Of a DNA stretch of 64,000 nt, positions 58,569 to 64,000 are shown piece by piece. The stretch's first letter is position 1, and each line of letters opens with the position of its first letter. Where the stretch lies: contig OY970067.1 in assembly GCA_963705305.1 (NCBI GenBank), forward strand, positions 1,152,001 through 1,216,000, given 5' to 3'. The notes beneath the pieces were generated by a model that was not told the DNA's origin, did no database searches, and saw nothing but the letters and a program-made list of their open reading frames with translations. The translations under genes were made by a program, and so were the position numbers. This DNA is from an uncultured Methylomirabilota bacterium (GTDB lineage: Bacteria; Methylomirabilota; Methylomirabilia; Methylomirabilales; 2-02-FULL-66-22).

Positions 58569-58970
58569 CTATTTGACGTCGCCCTCATGCCCCTCGCTCG
58601 CCAGGAAGGCCTCGTAGGCCTTGACGTCCATCAGGGCGTCGAGGTCTTTCGGGTTCGCCATCTCGACCACGATGATCCACCCTGCGCCGTAGCAGTCCTT
58701 GTTGATCAACTCTGGACTGCTCTCCAAGGCAGCGTTCACCTCCACCACGGCCCCGCCCACGGGGGCGTAGACGTCGGAGACTGCCTTCACCGACTCGACG
58801 ACGCCGAATGCCTCCATCGGCTTGACGACCCGGCCGACCTTGGGCACCTCGATGAAGACCACGTCGCCCAGGGCGTGCTGCGCGTGGTGGGTGAGCCCGA
58901 TCCGCCCCCGCGTCCCCTCGACCCTGACCCACTCGTGCTCCTTGGAGTACCTGAGACCCGCTGGGTACAT
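58569..58970 (-). CDS. gcvH: Glycine cleavage system H protein
   Basis: YSKEHEW, LGDVVF, VESVKAVSD (lipoyl Lys). Confidence 0.96.
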   Translation of the reverse strand: MYPAGLRYSKEHEWVRVEGTRGRIGLTHHAQHALGDVVFIEVPKVGRVVKPMEAFGVVESVKAVSDVYAPVGGAVVEVNAALESSPELINKDCYGAGWIIVVEMANPKDLDALMDVKAYEAFLASEGHEGDVK

Positions 58971-59059
58971 GCGTCCTCCTCTGGTCAACGACCACCCCGC
59001 GCGCGACTGCCGCGGACTGACGCCCACGTCTGGCCAGTCGCCCCCACACACGATGGGTC

Positions 59060-61711
59060 CTAGATCAACGCATGGAGCTTCTGGATAAGTGGCTCGCATT
59101 CCGTGCCGGCGAAGCAGAACCGGAGCTCGCGGAAGCGAGACCGTATGGCCTTGACCTGTTCGGCGACATGTGCGCCGTGCACAACCACATCTCTGATGAG
59201 CTCGGCCACCCCGCGGAAGTCCTCGGCCGTCATGCCGAACCGCGTCATCTCGGCGACCCCCATCCGCAGGGCGCCGGAGGCGGTGAACCCCTCCTCATCC
59301 GGACAGGCTTGGAAGTTACAAATAATATTGTTGTCCTCGAGCCGGCGTGCGATCACCGGACCCTGGCTGTACCCGACACGCACCACGACTTGATGCGTCT
59401 CCGTGTACCCTATCTCGGGATCTCCAGCAACATCCAGCTTGTAGTCTTTCAAGGCCCGGGCGAAGGCCTTGGCGTTCGCCAGGACCTTCGGCTGGTAAAC
59501 GTCCTTGAAGTAATTCATCTCGTAGGCGGCCATGAGCAGCCCGAGCAGCGTCCCCAGGTGGTGGTTGGAGACGGCACCGGGGAAGGCGCGCCGGCGGACG
59601 GCCTCCCACAACTCATAGCGCTCCTCGTCTTCCCGGAACCGGCTTCCGATGACGCCGCGCTGCGTGCCGAAATAGGTCTTGTGCGTGGACCCCGTGACGA
59701 GATCGGCACCCTCCTGAAACGGCTGCTGAAAATGTGGACCAATGAGCCCGAGCACGTGGGCCATGTCGTACATAATGACGGTCGTCATCTTCTGCGCGTC
59801 CAAGAAGCGGCGGATCTCTGCCACTGGCTCCTTGTGGAGAACCATGCTCTTGCCAAAGATGATCATTTCTGGGCGATAGGCGTCGATGAGTTCCAGGCTA
59901 GCAGCGACGTCCATCTTGTAGGGGTTCCCTGCCAGCACGGGAAAATTGATGACCGCGGGGCGCTCGGTCTTCGGATCCCGTGCCACGAAGTCGCGGAGCG
60001 CCCCCATCGGCTGTGCACTGAGGTGCCCACCCTTACCAAGGTGGTTGTTCATCACATGGCGGATGCGCCGCTGCTCGGACCGGCGATCGGCGCGGTTGAG
60101 ATAATCGACCAGGGCGCTGAAGACCGTCGCGTTGGCCATCTGCCCGCTGATGACACGGGTTTCGACCTCGGGGCAGCCGAGGAACGCCCGCAGCTCCGCC
60201 TCGAGCAGCGCCTCGACCTCGCCAATGAAGTCGGTGCCCTGGTAGTAGAAAACCTCGGCCTCATAGAACGCCTTCGACTCCCGGTGTTCCGCATAGCGGA
60301 AGGCGGGATCCATCACGGAGAGGAGCCGCACGAGCGGGGACATTGTCATCTCGGATGGAATGAGATTAACGCACTCCTCCTGGCGCCATCGGGTGTTCGT
60401 CGCGCTCTTTTCCACGAGTGACGACACCTTTGCAGCAAAAGCAGCCGCCCCGGCTGGCTGCGTGGGCAAGAGGTGGTCGTACACGATGGGCCGCGCGTAG
60501 GGGGGCGCCTCGGAGCGCAGGTGATACGGGACGACGAGCCCGTCGACCGACTTCCCCCGGATGTCGATGGTCACACGATCGTCATCGACCAGGTCGCTGT
60601 CGAGATACGCCAAACAAAGCGCCCGCAACCCATGCTCCTCGGTACGTCGCGAGAGCAACCCGGCGTCTTCGAAGATCCAGTAGGGCACCATCGTCCCGCT
60701 GGTCACGTAGCCGACGTGCTTCCCCCCCTTGAAGACGCGCGCGCCGGGCCGCGCGATGCCCCTGCTTGCCACGACGAGGGCCTTGATGCTGCGCGGGAGA
60801 TCGCCGATGGCCGAGTAGTCCCGAACGAGATTCTTTGCAAATGCGGCGAACTGTGTGGTCAAGGCAGCCTGCCCGATGAAGTTCCCCTTGCGGGGGGATA
60901 GGCTGACGGCGAACTTGGCGAGCGGAATGGCAAAGATCGGGATCTCCTGCCCCTCGGGGTCGGTCCCTAACTCGTGGCCATAGAGCGGCAGGCCCGCCTC
61001 CAGCCGGAGTGTGTCTCGGGCGGCCAGCCCCACCGGCGTGGCGCCCTTGGCGACCAGGAGCGACCAGACCCGCGGGCCATCCGCACAGGGCACGAAGAGC
61101 TCGAAGCAGAGCGGCTCGCCGGTGTACCCGGTGCGGCCGACCATCACGGGGACCCCGGCGATCGTGACCGAGCCCACCGCGTTCCGCGTCGGCTCCGGCA
61201 TCTCCCCGGACTCGATGGCCCCCGCCAGGATGCCTCGCGATGCCGGCCCCTGGAGGGCAAGCATCGCCAGCCCCTCGGTCCGGTCGATCAACTCGACACC
61301 GGGAAATTCGGTGAGCAGGGATGTGAGATGCGTCCAGTCCTTCTGGCGGTTGGCGGCGTTGACGACCAACAGGTACTCCCCTTCGACAAAGCGGTAGAGG
61401 TACGCGTCGTCGACGGCCGCCCCGGACGGGGTGGGAATGAGCGTGTATTGCGCTCCGATGGGGTGCAAATCCAGCGCCTCAGCATTGTTCGTGAGGACGT
61501 GCTGGAGAAATGGCAGCGCGTTCCGGCCGCGGACGACGAAGCGGCCCATGTGCGAGACGTCGAAGAGCCCCGCCGCCTTGCGCGTCGCCAGATGCTCGGT
61601 GACGCACCCGGACGGATACTGGAGGGGCATCTCCCATCCGCCGAAGTTCACCATCTGGGCGCCGAGGCCCGTGTGGATCGGGTGAAGCACCGTCCTCTGG
61701 AGGTCCGCCAT
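59060..61711 (-). CDS. GcvT aminomethyltransferase - serine hydroxymethyltransferase fusion
   Basis: N-half FDVSHMG, RTGYTGE, ARDTLRLEAG; C-half NLIPSE, GGHLS, DMAHVLGL, GSTHKT. Confidence 0.92.
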   Translation of the reverse strand: MADLQRTVLHPIHTGLGAQMVNFGGWEMPLQYPSGCVTEHLATRKAAGLFDVSHMGRFVVRGRNALPFLQHVLTNNAEALDLHPIGAQYTLIPTPSGAAVDDAYLYRFVEGEYLLVVNAANRQKDWTHLTSLLTEFPGVELIDRTEGLAMLALQGPASRGILAGAIESGEMPEPTRNAVGSVTIAGVPVMVGRTGYTGEPLCFELFVPCADGPRVWSLLVAKGATPVGLAARDTLRLEAGLPLYGHELGTDPEGQEIPIFAIPLAKFAVSLSPRKGNFIGQAALTTQFAAFAKNLVRDYSAIGDLPRSIKALVVASRGIARPGARVFKGGKHVGYVTSGTMVPYWIFEDAGLLSRRTEEHGLRALCLAYLDSDLVDDDRVTIDIRGKSVDGLVVPYHLRSEAPPYARPIVYDHLLPTQPAGAAAFAAKVSSLVEKSATNTRWRQEECVNLIPSEMTMSPLVRLLSVMDPAFRYAEHRESKAFYEAEVFYYQGTDFIGEVEALLEAELRAFLGCPEVETRVISGQMANATVFSALVDYLNRADRRSEQRRIRHVMNNHLGKGGHLSAQPMGALRDFVARDPKTERPAVINFPVLAGNPYKMDVAASLELIDAYRPEMIIFGKSMVLHKEPVAEIRRFLDAQKMTTVIMYDMAHVLGLIGPHFQQPFQEGADLVTGSTHKTYFGTQRGVIGSRFREDEERYELWEAVRRRAFPGAVSNHHLGTLLGLLMAAYEMNYFKDVYQPKVLANAKAFARALKDYKLDVAGDPEIGYTETHQVVVRVGYSQGPVIARRLEDNNIICNFQACPDEEGFTASGALRMGVAEMTRFGMTAEDFRGVAELIRDVVVHGAHVAEQVKAIRSRFRELRFCFAGTECEPLIQKLHALI

Positions 61712-61740
61712 GGGAACCCTTTCCTTCGACCGCCCGGCGG

Positions 61741-63039
61741 TCAGTACAGGTGCTCGCTTCTCTCGAGGAAGCGGCGAAAGCCGGCCGCATCCTGCGCCGC
61801 ATCCGCGATGCGCTGCACCCCCTCTTTGAGGGAGGCCATGTCGGTCGCAATGGAGACCCGCAGGTAGTGCAGCTCCTCCGTGCCGAGCCGGCCGAATGAC
61901 TTCCGGTCCAGCGTCGCGACTCCGTACTCGAAGAGCAGGAACATCTGGAAGAGGGTGGACGGACTGGTCCGCCACCTGACCTCCGGCTTGAGCGATCGGA
62001 ACGCCTCGAGAATCCCCAGGTTCTTGCAGACCCCCGCGATGTTCGGGAAGACGTAGAAGGCCCCCTTGGGCTTTTGGCAGCGGATGCCGGGGATCCCGTT
62101 CAGGGCCGCCACCACAACGTCACGGCGCGCCTGGAAGGCCGCCACCATCCGTGCAACCTCGGGCGCGATGCGCGGATCCTCGATGCCGACGCGGCACCCC
62201 TCCTGGTTGTAGGCCGGGACGCAGGAGAAGTAGTTGATGTTGAGGGTGCGGAACGCCTCGGCCTCCTCGGTCGTGGGAAAGAGGGCCCACCCGATGCGGC
62301 CGCCGGTCCAGGCGTAGCTCTTCGAGGCCCCGGACACGACGATCGTCTGCTCGGCCATCCCTGGGCACGAACTGATGCTAGCGTGCCGGCTCCCGTCGAA
62401 GAGGATGTGCTCATAGACCTCGTCCGAGTAGACGCGCACGCCGGGGCGGCACTTCGCCCGGATCACCTCGGCGATTCCCCGGAGCTGCTCGGCCGAGGCG
62501 ACGCCGCCGGTCGGGTTGCTGGGGAAGCAGAGGTAGATCAATTTCGTCTTCGCCGAGAGCAGCGGCGCCAGCTCCTCGCCCGTCAGGCTGAAGCCCTTCT
62601 CTTCGTCGAGGTGGATCGGCTTGGGGACCGCCCCCACATAGCGAATGAAGGACTCGTAGATGGGGAAGCCGGGGCTGGGGTACACCACCTCGTCGCCGGG
62701 GTCGCAGTAGGTCTGCTGGGCAAAGCCGATTGGGGGCTTGGCGCCCGGGAAGACCACCACCCGCTCCGGGGCGGCCGGGATCCCTCGGCTCTCGCCAAGG
62801 TAGGCGGCCACCGCCTTTCGCAACGGCAGGATGCCCTGCGGATCGCAGTAGTGCGTGTTGTCCCTGTCGAGCTGCCGCTTCACCTCGTCCTTGATGATGG
62901 AGGGGATGGGGAAATCCGGCTCGCCCAGGTTGCACTTGATGACCTTCTTCCCCTGCTCCTCCAACAACCGGATGTAGGGCCCAACCTTGAAGGCGTTCTC
63001 CGTGTCGATGATTCGCGACCGCTCAGCAAATACCGCCAT
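61741..63039 (-). CDS. PLP-dependent class I/II aminotransferase
   Basis: GEPDF, PSNPTG, SDEVYE, SKSYAWTGGRIG. Confidence 0.93.
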   Translation of the reverse strand: MAVFAERSRIIDTENAFKVGPYIRLLEEQGKKVIKCNLGEPDFPIPSIIKDEVKRQLDRDNTHYCDPQGILPLRKAVAAYLGESRGIPAAPERVVVFPGAKPPIGFAQQTYCDPGDEVVYPSPGFPIYESFIRYVGAVPKPIHLDEEKGFSLTGEELAPLLSAKTKLIYLCFPSNPTGGVASAEQLRGIAEVIRAKCRPGVRVYSDEVYEHILFDGSRHASISSCPGMAEQTIVVSGASKSYAWTGGRIGWALFPTTEEAEAFRTLNINYFSCVPAYNQEGCRVGIEDPRIAPEVARMVAAFQARRDVVVAALNGIPGIRCQKPKGAFYVFPNIAGVCKNLGILEAFRSLKPEVRWRTSPSTLFQMFLLFEYGVATLDRKSFGRLGTEELHYLRVSIATDMASLKEGVQRIADAAQDAAGFRRFLERSEHLY

Positions 63040-63262
63040 GGCTCCTCCCCTTGCTCGCCGGGCTGACGACGACTCACGCTCCCCCGAGGCGTCCGCTTCG
63101 CGCCCGATACCGCCTCGCCGCGATCTCCAGCCGTGACTCTTCCGTGAATTGCGCCTGCGTGCCACGACACGGAAGGGAGGCCCTCGCCCCCGGGGCGAGC
63201 CCTGGAGGGCCGCCGGCCGGAGGGGTTTTCGCGGCGCATCCAGCACTCGGAGACCGTCTTGG

Positions 63263-63979
63263 CTACGCGGCCGGCCCGATGCGGATGCGGCCATCGCGCA
63301 AAACGGGCACGACATCCGTCGTGTCGAGCCGGGCACAGACTTCGAGGTCCGGACCCAGCCCCATGGAGCTAATGTGCCTTCCCCATGCCGTGCAGGCAAG
63401 GAGTCCCGGGAGATCGCCCCCATATTCGCGCCAGAGCACCTGGCACGCCCGCGCCCCGTCTCCCAGCGCCACTCCGAACTCGGCCGCCCGGTCCGCGATG
63501 CCCCCGGCGCACACCGCATCCTCCAGCGAGAAGATCCCCTCGTAGCCGGAGCAGACCACGAGCGCGTTTCCAGCCTGCCGCACCAGCCAGGCCGCCACCG
63601 CCCCCCGGTTCATCAGGGCGCCGATGGCCACGCTCCGGCCGGAATCCACTGCGCGCAGCGTCCGGGTTCCGTTGGAGGTCGCCAGGATCAGCTCCCGGCC
63701 CGCCACCGCCTCCGCGCTGAACTCTCGCGGGGAGTTCCCGAGGGCGAAGCCCTCGATCCGCCTCCCCCCGCGCTCGCCGCAGAGGAGCGCCTGCGGATGC
63801 GCGGCCTGAAGGGCGAGGGCCTCCTCCACACTCTCCGCCGGCAACACCGTGCGGCAGCCGTGGGCGAAGGCTGTCACGATGCTGCTCGTGGCCCGGATCA
63901 CATCGACGACGACTATCGTCGGCTCCGGACGCGGCCGCCCGGCAAATTCACAGGGGATGAAGACAACGTCAAGGTGCAT
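63263..63979 (-). CDS. comB: 2-phosphosulfolactate phosphatase family protein
   Basis: VVDVIRATS, CGERGG..GF.LGNSP, TSNGT, SLEDAVCAG. Confidence 0.9.
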   Translation of the reverse strand: MHLDVVFIPCEFAGRPRPEPTIVVVDVIRATSSIVTAFAHGCRTVLPAESVEEALALQAAHPQALLCGERGGRRIEGFALGNSPREFSAEAVAGRELILATSNGTRTLRAVDSGRSVAIGALMNRGAVAAWLVRQAGNALVVCSGYEGIFSLEDAVCAGGIADRAAEFGVALGDGARACQVLWREYGGDLPGLLACTAWGRHISSMGLGPDLEVCARLDTTDVVPVLRDGRIRIGPAA

Positions 63980-64000
63980 GGCCTGCGCCAATTCCGACCA

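Noticed and set aside
1..64000. CRISPR array, cas genes, reverse transcriptase or defence systems
   Set aside because: No regularly spaced repeats with unique spacers and no matching protein motifs were seen

Overview
High-GC bacterial chromosome segment (taxonomy not determinable from sequence; the gene set would fit Methylomirabilota/NC10 or a deltaproteobacteria-like lineage, which is inference). 1-23 kb, all minus strand: two tandem paralogous complex I clusters, nuoA-C-D-H-J-K-L-M-N and nuoA-C-D-E-F-G-H-J-K-L-M-N, with an atpZ/I-atpB-atpE mini-operon between them. Both clusters lack nuoB and nuoI. 23-44 kb: cstA plus a small CxxC protein, ftsH, an intact IS1380-family element with a 150-bp cognate MITE stacked at the same target, an orphan Cys-rich histidine kinase, a BMP-type nucleoside/purine ABC operon with a PRTase, an uncalled 50-aa signal-peptide ORF, a peptidoglycan-recycling operon (ldcA, serine hydrolase, mpl) and a probably leaderless zinc-finger gene with palindromic sites. 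44-48 kb: RNA-binding/cold-shock cluster (rpsU, two RRM proteins, Csp, RHH-like protein) with a shared AT-rich operator-like motif. 48-58 kb: decayed integrative island bounded by two 110-bp att-like repeats derived from a tRNA-Asn 3' fragment, carrying CBS-BON, SMR-like, DUF3300/DUF2950, EmrB and IS481-like genes. 58-64 kb: comB, aminotransferase, GcvT-SHMT fusion, gcvH. A hairpin MITE family occurs three times, each copy at a stop codon. No CRISPR array, rRNA or intact tRNA was seen.
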